A stretch of DNA of 62,149 bases, counting the filler, from Basidiobolus ranarum (taxonomy: Eukaryota): NCBI GenBank assembly GCA_040143965.1. It is 17 parts of 17 records of this genome, joined end to end, with 100 filler letters (N's around TTAATTAATTAA, not from the genome) between each part and the next. Parts side by side here need not be neighbours in the genome. Positions count along the whole stretch, not along the records: positions 11,015 to 14,583 come from JASJQH010009284.1; positions 14,684 to 18,251 come from JASJQH010009285.1; positions 18,352 to 21,917 come from JASJQH010009286.1; positions 22,018 to 25,581 come from JASJQH010009287.1; 13 more parts are not named here. One strand, 5' to 3'. The translations under genes were made by a program, and so were the position numbers. Of this stretch, positions 11,484-23,149 are shown piece by piece (within the stretch, counting starts at the first letter, position 1; every line of letters starts with the position of its first letter). The notes beneath the pieces were generated by a model that saw only the letters and a list, made by a program, of their open reading frames with translations, was not told the DNA's origin and searched no databases.

Positions 11484-12700
11484 AGACTTGTTCCAATGGA
11501 CCAGGTCAGATTGAGCCACTTGATCCAGCCTTCTAGCACACCATCTGGCATGATCTGTCAATTACCATGGCTGGGTCCTATAACACTTTATTGGACACTA
11601 TAAGGAACAATATGACACTCTCCCACCACAAACAGACACAATGATTTTGTTGGAGATGTTGTGGCAGCCCATACCAAGTTACCCAATTTAGTATTGCATA
11701 ATCAAAATTTTGGGTAACTGAAAAGCAAGTTAATTCCCTAGTTTGTAACTTACAATTTACTGAATGTATCACAATAAACAATTTATACTGTAACTTACCT
11801 AATCAAATGTATAACCAAGACATTCTCATGTTTTTAGGCCAATCATTTGTCCCTCACTATCACAGTATCCTGATTTTCAATTGGGCCCATTGGCTCCTTC
11901 ATAACAAAACACCAGTAGTTTTGGCACACCAGTGACAAATCACAGCACTCAAGGATGGAGCAATCTGCAGTATGATAGTAGTGATCAGGATCGCTTGTTT
12001 CATCATTTTTAGATCAACAAATTATTCATTCAATCATGTAAGCTTCTAACTGGGTGAATATGTGAATGGATTGAGCCATATTGACCCAAAATTTTATTGA
12101 CAGACATTTTTCATTTGATTGTAGTGAAATCACTTGTATTAAAAGGTCTCATGATTCTGATCTCAGCATACTGATCTACTACAAATAGAACTCCTCTATT
12201 ATTAGATTATGACTTCATATCTGCTATGCCATCTCTTCTTGGCAATCTTGTGTTAGTTTGTCCGGATTACCTTTTATGGAAGTCATGTTCTTTGGAACAT
12301 TCCATAAAACCTAATCAATCATGTCATCCCACAAATAGTGTATTTCCACCAAGACCTTCCATGGAAGGTCAGCTGATCATCCTTACATTACCCTTACATC
12401 ATCCCTCTTTGTATTGGTCCTTGTAGCCCCCAACACCCTGACTCTCAAACTTGGCACAGTATATTCCCTATTCAATATATTTTGCTTCACCTTGCAATAT
12501 TTTTATAAGCCCCATGTATTCCTTGATCAGACCTCAGTCTGATCAATGCCAGTTATCAATAAAGATTGTTGCCAAAGCATCTTTCTTATCCTGTCTTGTC
12601 TTGTCTTGTGGTCTACACCCAAGTACTCTCCTGCCTTCTAGCCTCTGGACATTATTTCCAGTCCTTGTCCAGTTTGTCATTGTGACAAAAGGCTATCGTT
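11484..12700. repeat. Unclassified dispersed repeat (family D), CpG-depleted
   Basis: 12150-12400 matches 18352-18600 in reverse complement (both give an MPSLLGNLVLV... ORF). Starts abruptly inside the CMC copy with AGACTTGTTC. Confidence 0.6.
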
Positions 12701-13017
12701 GATTTTTTGATATATGACGGTTTCATGCTATCAGTGTTTCATAAACACATAAGTGATTGTTATCCAACTAAAGCAGTTTATGCTATATTTAACTGCAATC
12801 CTTATCAATTTTGCATGATTTGCTAAATAGTAAAGATAGGATAATGTAAGTATTAACAAGAGTATTTAGCAGCTGCCTAGGTTTGAAGCAGTACATGCTG
12901 ATTTGCTTCTGTTACTTTTATTATCTCCTTAATATTTCCATGGAAGCAACTTTGCTTGAACCTCTGCACTGAGTTGGTTGGTTTGATCCTAATGAGGTTC
13001 CTCTACCTGGGCCAGCA

Positions 13018-13932
13018 TTAGTTGTGGCTTGAGGTCAATGTGCTGTGGTATGCATAGGCTTGTCCAGTCTGGTTTGCGGTTGGTGTGTATACCATCAACC
13101 TGGAATGTCTCACTTGAGGTTTGTGCTCAACAGTTATTGCTTCTTCAACCATGGTGGAAGCTTCATCTCTTTTGACTGGCCGCCAAGACCTCTGTTGCAT
13201 GGCGGAATGTGTTGGAGCAAGTTGTCTGCCTTGAGGTTTCTGCTTGACAGTTATTGCTTCTTTAACCACAGTGGAATCTTCACCTCATTTGACCAGCCAT
13301 AACCGCAGTTGCATGGCAGTAGGTGTTGGAGCAAGTTGTCCACCTTGTGGTTTGTGTTTGGCAGTACTTGCCTCTTCAATCACAGTAGCAGCTTCATATC
13401 TTTTGACTGGCTGTGGCCACAGTTGCATGGCGGAACATGTTGGAGTGAGTCATCTACATTGTGGTTTGTGTTTGGTGGTTATTGTTTCTGCAACCACAGT
13501 GGAAGCTTCATATCTTTTGAATGGTCATTGTGGTGGTTGCATTCCAGTATGTGTTGGAGCAAATCATATACCTTGAGGTTTGCATTTGGCAGTTCTTGCC
13601 TCTTCAACTATTGTAGAACCTTCATCTCTTTCAACTGGCTGCTGTGACCTCTGTTGCATGGCACAACATGTTGGAGCATATTGTCTACCTTGAGGTTTGT
13701 GTTTGACTGTTGTGGCTTCTTCAAGCTCAGTAAGAGCTTCACTGTCTCTCTCAAACATCCGTTGTCTTGGTCTCGTGGGGGTACACGTTGTAAAGGATTG
13801 CTGTCTTAGTAGATTGCTCTCCGGTGTCAGATCTTCATTCAACAAAGTGGAAGGTTCAATAATTCTTGCGTTTGGCCTTTGTTGCAGTTGAACGGCTGTA
13901 TGCCTTAAACTGGTATGTCTTTCTGGTGGCAT
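13018..13932 (-). pseudogene. Decayed ORF with about 6 tandem 38-39-aa repeats (114/117-bp units)
   Basis: Units start at 13113, 13230, 13344, 13458, 13572 and 13689 (spacings 117, 114, 114, 114, 117, all multiples of 3). The minus frame reads EEA.TVK.KPQGRQ.APT..AMQ.R...PVKRDEAST.V, with ATG at 13932 and internal stops. Confidence 0.65.
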
Positions 13933-13957
13933 GCTCCTTGAAGCTGACTCTTCTCCA

Positions 13958-14583
13958 AGATGAGTTGATATTAATGGGAGTCATGGTAAAATATAGTGAT
14001 ATCTTGATGTTTTCAAGCATTCTCGCAATTGATTCAAACTTTGATCCTATCTCAAATGCCTCATTCATATTGAATTTGTCACTCTATAGCTGAGTAAGTA
14101 GTATTGGAATGTTGTTGAATAGTAAGTGCTTAGTGCCTAATGGGAAGCTCTGGCTCCAACTGATCCCCTGTAGCAATATAATCTTAGGCCTACGGCAAAT
14201 ACAAAATTTGATGTTAGATTGACTATTTGATCAATTGATATCAGTGATAATGTTGAAATCTGACCAAGCTCTTGATGGTAAAATCATGGAGTTTAATGTT
14301 GTATTTGGATAGTAGTAATACATATGGCTGATAGAGTATGCTCCATTGATTTGACAAAATCTAGAGCAAGATAGTGCATTGTGCCAACAAAAACTTCCAA
14401 GTCTACTGATGGCAGGAGTGTCACCTATACATACAATGATATTAGCTTTAATAAAATATTCACCCATCTGAACCCATTAGATAACCATTCAAATTCTGCA
14501 ATCAAAGGCTCCAAGAAGCTATCTATAAGCACTGGTGATTTAGGTCCAGATATGATGGATAGTATCAAAATATTATGACTCTT
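13958..14583 (-). mobile_element. CMC/EnSpm transposase core remnant
   Basis: SGPKSPVLIDSFLEPLIAEF and IVCIGDTPAISRLGSFCWHNALSCSRFCQING are Transposase_21/Tnp2-type motifs. Confidence 0.85.
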
Positions 14584-14683
14584 NNNNNNNNNNNNNNNNN
14601 NNNNNNNNNNNNNNNNNNNNNNNNNNNTTAATTAATTAANNNNNNNNNNNNNNNNNNNNNNNNNNNNNNNNNNNNNNNNNNNN

Positions 14684-15234
14684 TTCTGCTTCTGGTGGGG
14701 CAGACACGCTACGAGTAGTACGAGTAGTAGCTACTGGAGGCTTTTTGACGACTCTGGTTGCGGTAGCCCTGCGAGTCGCAGCAGCACTGGTTGATGCAGT
14801 AGCAGTTGTTCTGGATCTGACTGGCACTGGAGCAACTCTCGTTGTAGTAGGCTTGGCAACAGTAGCAGTGCTGGCTCTTCGCATTGTAGCAGCTGTAGCA
14901 GAGGTAGCGCGACCACTAGGTCTTGCAGCAGCAGTCGCTCTACCTCTAGCAGCAGCAGTGGTGGTGGTAGTAACGGATTCGGCTTTAGAACGAACATTTC
15001 TAGGATTCTCAGTTCCGGCCATAGAATTTGAAGAAGCTTTTCTTTTGAGTGCAGCATTCATATTAGGTGCGGGAGTGGGAGTAGCTTGGATTTCGACAGC
15101 TTCCATAACTCTTCTTGGTGAGTCGGTGATATTATCAGCGTACTAAATTCAAAACAATGAATAACTTATTAGAAGTAAAGTCAATGATATTCGAGGTAGA
15201 AATTGTTTACCGTTCCCCTTGTAGAACCGAGCAT
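14684..15234 (-). CDS. 5' part of a gene with a basic Thr/Ala/Arg-rich disordered N-terminus (possibly a kinesin-14/Kar3-like tail); truncated by contig end
   Basis: Exon 1 MLGSTRGT (15234-15211), GT-AG intron 15210-15143, exon 2 open to the contig end with an LKRKA NLS-like motif. The family assignment rests on composition only. Confidence 0.6.
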
Positions 15235-15815
15235 ATTTTGTTTTACTGGTACTTCTCAAAACGAATATATATATATTTGTATGTATAAAAGGGTTGAACT
15301 CAAAATTGACTATGGGATCATTCACCACTTTCGGGTCAAAAAGAAGTGAATAGAACGGAAATAGACTAATGAATGAACAAAATGTATCACTTTGGATACT
15401 AACTACTCAAGATATGATTCAAAGTAAAGTTAATGATTTCAAGTATCTTTGCCAAATATCAAAACAAATAACAAAACCTCTGATATTCAAGCCTATGATT
15501 GGATATTAAGTTATTTACATCAAATCGTTGATTCTGTTACCTGACCAAAGTCAAGGAATGTTGTGTTAAGTGCATATCCTATCAAAACCATGGAAACTTT
15601 TCAATCGGTTTTTTTTTATTATTCTCATAAAATTGTGACGTGTTAATTCTATCACTCTACCAAGCGACATAAATGTGGTTTTCGTGCCAATACCTGTACC
15701 GATACCAACACATCTAATCATGGTAGGTTACTATTGATTAAAATGATTTAAATTAAATTAACTTCTAGTCAAAAAAAGAAATATCTATCAGGGTTTAAAT
15801 ACGTTAAATGAAGGA

Positions 15816-16775
15816 TCAAAAGGCCATGTTAGTTGGTACACTATCTAGCTCAAAGGGAGACATATCCCAAGGAACAGTTACTGAGATGCTATTTGTTAAA
15901 GAGGTAACTTCGTGCCAATAACCGGGAGGTGTATACAAAACATCACCTGGCTTCAAATCCACAATATATATATCAGCTTGAGTGATTTTAGGAAACCTGG
16001 CGAGTGTATTAGCTACAAGTTCCGAGTAAACTATATCGTCTTCAGAGAATGGATTTAGACCGTAACTGTAACCAATATGACGAACTTTTGCTCCATGACT
16101 AGGGCCATTAATACCGTCATAAGGATAAACTGCTGATGTATCATCTGGATGAACTAATACGAACCGCTTACATCCATAAACTTGGACTAAAAGGCCGTGA
16201 CAGCGGTCAAAGTGCATCGGTGTAATGTTCCCACCGGTGCTTACCCACAGACGGGTCAATTCACGCTTGCTTTCTGACGCAAAAGTCGGGTCATTGGCCC
16301 TATCTCCGAATAAGCTGTTACGAATACCAGGGATATCTAAATCTTTAAGCATACTATCCGAGAGGTGAGAGCGGTAATAGAATCTTCGATGTTGGTCGTC
16401 CTCGGGTTGTAGAGAAGAAAGTGATTGAGAATCCACTTCGCTTTTGAAAGAGTCAAGTTTTTCTGAATCAACACCGTTGGTACTTTTAAGAATAGTATTC
16501 AACACACTATCAACAGAAACTAAACACTTTTCGACAAAGTCTACATCGTCCATAAAGTTTTGCTGGTCAAGAGCATACATAACCTCTAGTTTTCCCTCTT
16601 TTTTTAATAGTTCTTTAGAGAGATAAGTCTTTTCGTGCCATAAGTTGACAACTGATTCAGGAAGAATAGCTTTGAAGAGAACTGGGCGTCTATGACGATA
16701 GATATTGTTGAAACGCTCAGCAGAAATTTCGTTAAATGCCTCAACACGGAGGGCTTGAGGGAGCTTTACTGTCAT
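15816..16775 (-). CDS. JmjC-domain (Cupin_8) Fe(II)/2-oxoglutarate hydroxylase, 319 aa, intronless
   Basis: LWVSTGGNITPMHFD (HxD), QVYGCKRFVL and LKPGDVLYTPPGYWHEV motifs; first ATG at 16775. Confidence 0.92.
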   Translation of the reverse strand: MTVKLPQALRVEAFNEISAERFNNIYRHRRPVLFKAILPESVVNLWHEKTYLSKELLKKEGKLEVMYALDQQNFMDDVDFVEKCLVSVDSVLNTILKSTNGVDSEKLDSFKSEVDSQSLSSLQPEDDQHRRFYYRSHLSDSMLKDLDIPGIRNSLFGDRANDPTFASESKRELTRLWVSTGGNITPMHFDRCHGLLVQVYGCKRFVLVHPDDTSAVYPYDGINGPSHGAKVRHIGYSYGLNPFSEDDIVYSELVANTLARFPKITQADIYIVDLKPGDVLYTPPGYWHEVTSLTNSISVTVPWDMSPFELDSVPTNMAF

Positions 16776-17411
16776 TATCAATAAGAAAGATTGTATCGAA
16801 CGTAGTAGTGCACAAGTATCGAGAGGTAAAGGTTTTAAGTGCAAAGACGATGTGCTACCAGAAGTGAGTATGATATATTTCTAAATATAGTCTAGTTTAA
16901 TGATCGATTGTTCATATTTGAGGAAAATGATAACAAATATATCCAGAATTCTGTGAGTGAAAAAAAGTATGCACACGCGAACACCCGAAATACTTGCCTA
17001 GGTCTTGGTTTGTAAATAATTTTATTGTGTCAATGTAATTAGTAATGGATTTACCAAAGTTGTTCACTTTTCTAAGTTTGGATTAGTAATTTATAGATAA
17101 GGAATCCGATTGAATGTGTTTGAGTGCAGTTGATTGTGATTTTGATTTGTCACATACTTGTCGCATACTTCATGATGTGATTAACTAAAAAAAAGGGAGC
17201 TTTCGCATAAACGATTCTTTCGGCCGAAAAATAAGCAGCAATTGTAAATCTGTGTAAGTTAGTCATGATCCCGAGTCACATGATTTTTACCACCATTGCC
17301 CAATCAACAATTCCACTAATCCCAAAGCACAAAATGAGCCATGCAAAGTATACGGCACCTCCTCTTCTTTCGTCCATCCAACGAAATTCTATCGTTGGCT
17401 TCTTAATATCG

Positions 17412-17567
17412 GTAAGTGTATGAACAGATGCTATAATCCAAATCAATCCTTCACTTCACTCCATCCATCTATGATTGTACTCCCAGAATCCGTGAATTCA
17501 CATCAGACCTCTACGTAAAAATCGAATCCACGAACGTCACCTAACCATTGTAATGATAGATTTTTAG
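17412..17567 (+). other. 5'-UTR intron of the uL2 gene
   Basis: GTAAGT donor at 17412, CTAAC branch site at 17541, TTTTTAG acceptor ending 17567, 12 nt before the ATG. A pyrimidine tract (CCTCCTCTTCTTTC, ~17358-17371) lies upstream. Confidence 0.75.
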
Positions 17568-17579
17568 GTAGTATAAGAA

Positions 17580-18251
17580 ATGGGTCGTGTCATCCGTGCT
17601 CAAAGAAAAGGTCCCGGAGGGATCTTCAAGTCTCACACCAGACTTAGAAAAGGAGCTGCTCAGCTTCGTCCTTTGGATTTTGCTGAACGTAATGGTTACA
17701 TTCGTGGTAGCGTTAAGGAAATCATTCACGATCCTGGACGTGGTGCTCCTCTCGCTAAGGTCCAATTCCGTGATCCCTACAGATACAAGACCCACACTCA
17801 AACCTTCATTGCTACTGAAGGTATGTACACTGGTCAATTCGTTTACTGCGGTAAGAAGGCTGCTTTGACCGTTGGTAATGTCCTCCCTCTTTCTGCCATG
17901 CCCGAGGGTACTATTATCTGTAACATTGAAGAAACTGTTGGTGATCGTGGTGCCATTGCTCGTGCCTCTGGTAACTATGCTACCATCATTTCTCACAACC
18001 ATGATGATGGTAAGACCAGAGTTAAGCTCCCATCTGGTTCCAAGAAGATCATTCAATCCACTTGCCGTGCCACTATTGGTATCGTTGCTGGTGGTGGTCG
18101 TATCGACAAACCTTTACTCAAGGCTGGTCGTGCCTACCACAAATACAGAGTTAAGCGTAACTGCTGGCCTAAGACTCGTGGTGTTGCTATGAACCCCGTC
18201 GACCATCCCCACGGTGGTGGTAATCATCAACACATTGGTCACGCTTCCACT
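17580..18251 (+). CDS. RPL2: 60S ribosomal protein uL2 (L2/L8), 3' truncated
   Basis: [23 protein letters not shown] and [21 protein letters not shown] motifs; strong codon bias. Confidence 0.99.
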
Positions 18252-18351
18252 NNNNNNNNNNNNNNNNNNNNNNNNNNNNNNNNNNNNNNNNNNNNTTAAT
18301 TAATTAANNNNNNNNNNNNNNNNNNNNNNNNNNNNNNNNNNNNNNNNNNNN

Positions 18352-18600
18352 GAGGGATGATGTAAGGATGATCAGGTGACCTTCCATGGAAGGTCTTGGT
18401 GGAAATACACTATGTGTGGGATGACATGATTGGTTAGGCTTCATGGAATGTTCCCAAGAACATGACTTCCATATAAGGTGATCTGGATGAACTAACACCA
18501 GATTGCCAAGAAGGGATGGCACAGCAGATATGATGCCATAATCTAATAATAGAAGAGTTCTATTTGCAGTGGATCAGTATGCCAAGATCAGAATCATGAC
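18352..18600. repeat. Family D dispersed repeat copy
   Basis: Reverse-complement match to 12150-12400. Confidence 0.75.
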
Positions 18601-18622
18601 AGATGGAGCAGAAAGTTCTTTA

Positions 18623-18970
18623 TGTTAAAGCATTTTGGGAGTTTGTTGGAAGTGGTATTGAGAATTACAAGAATCCATGGATCTGACTTATTGATTCATT
18701 GAGTTGAAAATTGAAATTTATAGTATTGTCACAGCATAAGCAAACAAACCTGTAGAATCTGTTAAGGAGGGTCCCATGAGCATAGGGACAAAATTTTGGG
18801 CTTCTAGCACCAGCTCAAAAAAGCTATATATCTGAGAACTTCCAAGTTAGCAAAAAAATTCCATGTAAGTTCTGATCGAGAATAAAGGGTGATATCTGGG
18901 TGAAATATAGAATAACCAAACACTAAGCTATGCATGATTATATATTGTTTAGGCAATACTTACTTCAACC
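18623..18970 (-). mobile_element. Copia LTR family A copy (degenerate)
   Basis: Reverse complement of the TGTTGAAATTAGC...CAAATACTTTAACA LTR seen at 39184-39532, with an adjacent C-run (polypurine-tract-like on the minus strand). Confidence 0.8.
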
Positions 18971-20259
18971 CCCCAAGCTCCAAAATAATTTAAGACTCTT
19001 TGTTCATGAAACCAAAACAACTGTTGTGGTTTCAGTGCACCACAAAATTAAGCAGCTATTCTGAGAATTCTGCTTCCAATTTTCATCAAAATGCTTTTTG
19101 CTACTTAAATCATGTGAAAGCATTTTGGCAGTGGTTAGAAGTGACACTTAGACCTAGAAAGATTGATGGCTTTCACTTAATAATTTTTTGAGTGCTAGTT
19201 CTGATTTTAATATTATGAAGAGGTAGGCAAATCAGTATATGGAATATGCTTAGAATGGTCCCAGGAACATGAGTATAGAGTTAGAGATCTTTTGGTTAAA
19301 TTTGAGAGAAGATTGTGATTTGAGATCCTCAATATATAACCAAGAGCACCATTTATCACCATGAAGTAGCTAGTTATGCATCTTAATATCAAATTATTTT
19401 TGATGCCATAAGCCAAAAATAGGCATTAGAATTTATAATGAATGCTTTTAACACAACAATTTAGGAATTTCATTATAGGTCAATGCAGAAGAACAATTAA
19501 GCCATGAGCTAAAATCCACTTTTAGAGCTCATAGTTATACCACTTCTGTCTATCATAAAAGAGAGCATTCTTGCTACCTAAAACAAAATGGGTCTCCTGC
19601 TATTCTGAACAAAGATGAATTTTGTAACATGAGCCAAAATTATTTTTGTTCTATAGAATAAAAGCACTTTTTCAAAGCAACTTTTGTAGCTCAAGGTAAA
19701 AACATCTTCAATACTATAAGTGGATAGCCTAAGTAAGAATGATAGTTAGTGTCCACTTGAGGACTAGGTGTATTTGTGTGAAAAAAGTAATAACATGAAG
19801 CTTGTAAATGGTTCAAAATAAAATTATGAAAGCCATTTAAAATTTTATCACTTCCACTTAGAATGTATATTTACAGTAGTGCTAAGTATGATCTCTACTC
19901 TTTGCCACATCTTATTTGATATATACCATATATATTTTTATATCAATATGCAATATCACAAAAATGCAAGTAATTCACATGAAATTACGCTGTTTGGACA
20001 CTTAGAATTGTCTTTTAATGCAGTTTGTAAACATGCAACTGCCCTGTACAAAAATTAACTAATATTGAATTGTCCTATTATGAGCCCATCTTTTGAAATT
20101 TTGCGAGTAACTTCAAGAATCAAGAAGTCAAATAGATATGGCTGAGGATCGATATTTTGAATGTTTATAATCAAAGGCGCAAAAGGCGGAATAAATACAC
20201 ACACTGTTCTATATAGTAGAAACACATGTCTTAGATTCAATGTTACTTACCGCATTGTC

Positions 20260-20510
20260 TTAGGTATATTACGCGGGTAATATAAATAATTGCTACCCAA
20301 TTGCAGCATCAGCCCGCAAGGGTAAAGTCTAAGATACCCACATTGAGAATCCAATTAAAGCACTCGACTATCTCAATCCCCGAGATATAGTCAAAGTAGT
20401 TGCCCAGTATGACCTGGATTCGATCTTCCACTCCATATATCCTGGCATTGTGTTGGGTATATTCTAACCGGGACTAATCAATATTGAAGGCAATTGCTAA
20501 ACCTTGATTC
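20260..20510 (-). pseudogene. TGS1: Trimethylguanosine synthase (TGS1)-like pseudogene fragment
   Basis: The minus strand reads AIAFNID*SRLEYTQHNARIYGVEDRIQVILGNYF, matching the TGS1 HNAxIYGVxDRIxFIxGDF motif, then NYLYYPRN (cf. YxLPRN). It has an in-frame stop and no recognisable SPPWGG motif. Confidence 0.7.
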
Positions 20511-22017
20511 GGCATCATGTTCAAATCGACCATTAGTAATGAAATCCGAAACTAGGTTTCAATTATTTTCAGCGTTGTCGCTTCTTGCGCTATAGCTTCA
20601 GCCTCGGCTATCGGTTGATAGACAGTATTCAAAATCAACACTGAAATGGGCTCATATGCGGGTTTTGTTTCCCCATGTTCCCGAAGATTCTTCATCATTT
20701 CACAGGCTATTTCTTGCAGAGTATTAGTCCCAACAATACCAGAGAAATTGGTATTCCTTCATTTTTGAAGCTTCTACATAACACAACCAAGTTCGAAAGA
20801 TCTTGAATACTTCAGTTAGTGATTTACCCGATGAAGAAGTGGAGGTAACGTAGATTACTCAGAGGATTGAGGTGGCTGAAGACTGCCGGCTGCACTTAGA
20901 GTTTTTGGAGCGTATGTATCGCCTGTCTTAATAAGAATCTGGATCATATTGAGAGTTGTAATTTTGAACGCTTGCCAATTCAGTTTTCTATAAGTAAAAA
21001 TATAAGCAGCATAGAGGTTCAAATTGAATTCGTAATAGGGGTAAGAGGAGTCACGAAGTAGGTAAAACTACAACTAGGGAGAATGGCTTTATGACACAAT
21101 CTCAAAACAGTGCTGTTAAATTCCCATGAGTTAATATTCATCCCTTATCCTCTGTACACAAGTTTTTTCATTGTTCTGTGCGCTCTTAATTGTATTTATA
21201 ATCGACAAACGTGCCTAACTGAATTATGCGATGATTCCTTGTCTGTAAGAATGTGTTGATGAAGACCTTGCAGATAATGTTCATTCATCTACAAATAATA
21301 ACTGTCATCTTTGCTTTGAGTCACAGAAAATAGACATCTTTTAGGGTGTATTTGACTCATCCTCAAAGAAGATCGCAAGACTCACTAAGTAATACAGAAC
21401 AATGCAACCTGATCCTCGCTATAGACCGGATGCTTCTCCGGGAATGTCAATTGTCAATAGGGGTGGTTCAAACCACATATTATGCCCCCAGAATCCAGCA
21501 CTGTTTGGGATGCAGGTTTTTCGAATAGCTTAGAGCCCATATTGAATTCGTCTTTAGAGCTGTCATCAAAGAAGTAAATTCGCTAATATGTGTCATGTTT
21601 AATCTGAGGACAGGCTAAATCGACGCAGCCTAACCAATCGCCTCCTGCTGTACAAGAGAGTATAAACCCTGAGCAAATGAGGTGTGAAGGTTACTTATTC
21701 ATAATCTCACTCATCTTGACGTACCAAACTCACAATTGAGCAATTAGTAGTATTCATAAAGGTCATCCTGTTCGATTTGCTGCTACTCTCACCGATGCAC
21801 ATGTACCTTTGGTGAGTCGAGAACAGATCTGAATGTAATAATATGTATTAGTAAGCTGGATGTTAGGTTCAATCTTATACAAATTCCATTCTTCTTCTGA
21901 GAATAATAGAATTAGATNNNNNNNNNNNNNNNNNNNNNNNNNNNNNNNNNNNNNNNNNNNNTTAATTAATTAANNNNNNNNNNNNNNNNNNNNNNNNNNN
22001 NNNNNNNNNNNNNNNNN

Positions 22018-22224
22018 CTCTATATCTATATAACAAGTATGTCTTATTACCCCCACTTATCTATTATATCTTATTACACAAACTCCTGAATATCTCAAAT
22101 CATTGATTTACTTTTCTACTATATAAGTCACCATATACTCTTAAGAATAAACTAACTAAAACACACTATCATAAGTTGCTTCTAATACTCAAAGTCTACC
22201 CTATTATGTCAAGATCCTCCAACA
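22018..22224 (+). mobile_element. 3' part of LTR family B ending ...CTCCAACA
   Basis: Matches 39932-40110. The TCCAACA end is the inverted repeat of the TGTTGGA start seen at 39823 and 40113. Confidence 0.8.
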
Positions 22225-22786
22225 TTATGACACTGATGTTCTTATTTTCAAGCATAATGCCCACTTCATGTTAGAATACAAATGTTTAATGAAGCCTTGC
22301 TATTACTCTTGCAGACTCTGATGCCATGAGAGCCAAAGACTTCATAGACAGAACACTCACAAGCATGATCTCTGTATAAAGCCACCAGTTTTACAGAGCC
22401 TGTCAAGTATCAGGAATAATAATTGCTCTGAAACCACTTCATACTTGCACACTGAGGCAATTAGATTTACAATACCTCAGAGTTTTGGTAATACCTCCAA
22501 AAGCTAGGATATTGTTGAGTGGTCACAGTCACATGAGTATAATCTAGCTGTTACAATGCTGGTTATGTTCAACAGGCAAGTTTGGAGGATTCTGAAGACA
22601 TTCTGCATGATGCAGAGATCCTGACTTAGTCTGATTCTGATGAAAGTATATCAAATGATGATGGTAACCATGGTTTTGAGCATAAGTCCTGTCATAACTT
22701 GGAGTCAAAGAAGCATTTTATATTATTGAAGAGTGGAGAGTTAAATCCCATTTAAGCAACAAAGCATTCACCATCTTTCTTACACT

Positions 22787-23147
22787 TCTAGGAGTTTTTT
22801 ATCTTCTTCATATTTGTTATCTTTATGTTTGTACACCCAGCTAGTTCATATATCACTTTTAAGTTAGTCATCATCATTTAGTCAAATTGCACTTGGCTGA
22901 AAATAGGAATACATATTTCACATATATGTGAAGTATCCAAGAATTAGCAGTATTATACTGGAAATTTCAAACTCATCAAAAATGCCCCAAAGGTAGCATT
23001 TTACTCCCACAGATGTTCTCCACACAATCCCAGTGGTAGTTTTCTATATTTCCACCAAGAAGTATAAATGTGTTATTTCTAGTAAATAAATAAACTCCCA
23101 AGTCCATTTTTCTAAAGTTCTGCCAAACAGCCTACATTTTCCCAATA
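22787..23147 (+). mobile_element. LTR family C copy with 5-bp TSD ACACT
   Basis: Homologous to 54122-54499 and 61098-61474. ACACT occurs at 22782-22786 and 23148-23152. Ends CCCAATA; the 5' end is degenerate. Confidence 0.75.
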
Positions 23148-23149
23148 AC

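Noticed and set aside
12150-12400. Faint SNF5-like wording in one translation of repeat D
   Set aside because: The similarity is too weak and stop-ridden to support.
13045-13647. Plus-strand Cys/Trp/Phe-rich ORFs
   Set aside because: They are antisense readings of the 114/117-bp repeat.
17412-17567. Intronic snoRNA in the RPL2 leader intron
   Set aside because: I could not see a convincing C box/D box pair or H/ACA structure.
17541-18192. Overlapping ORFs on RPL2 (likewise on OLE1, the expansin-like gene and 14745..15146)
   Set aside because: They are codon-bias shadow ORFs of real genes.
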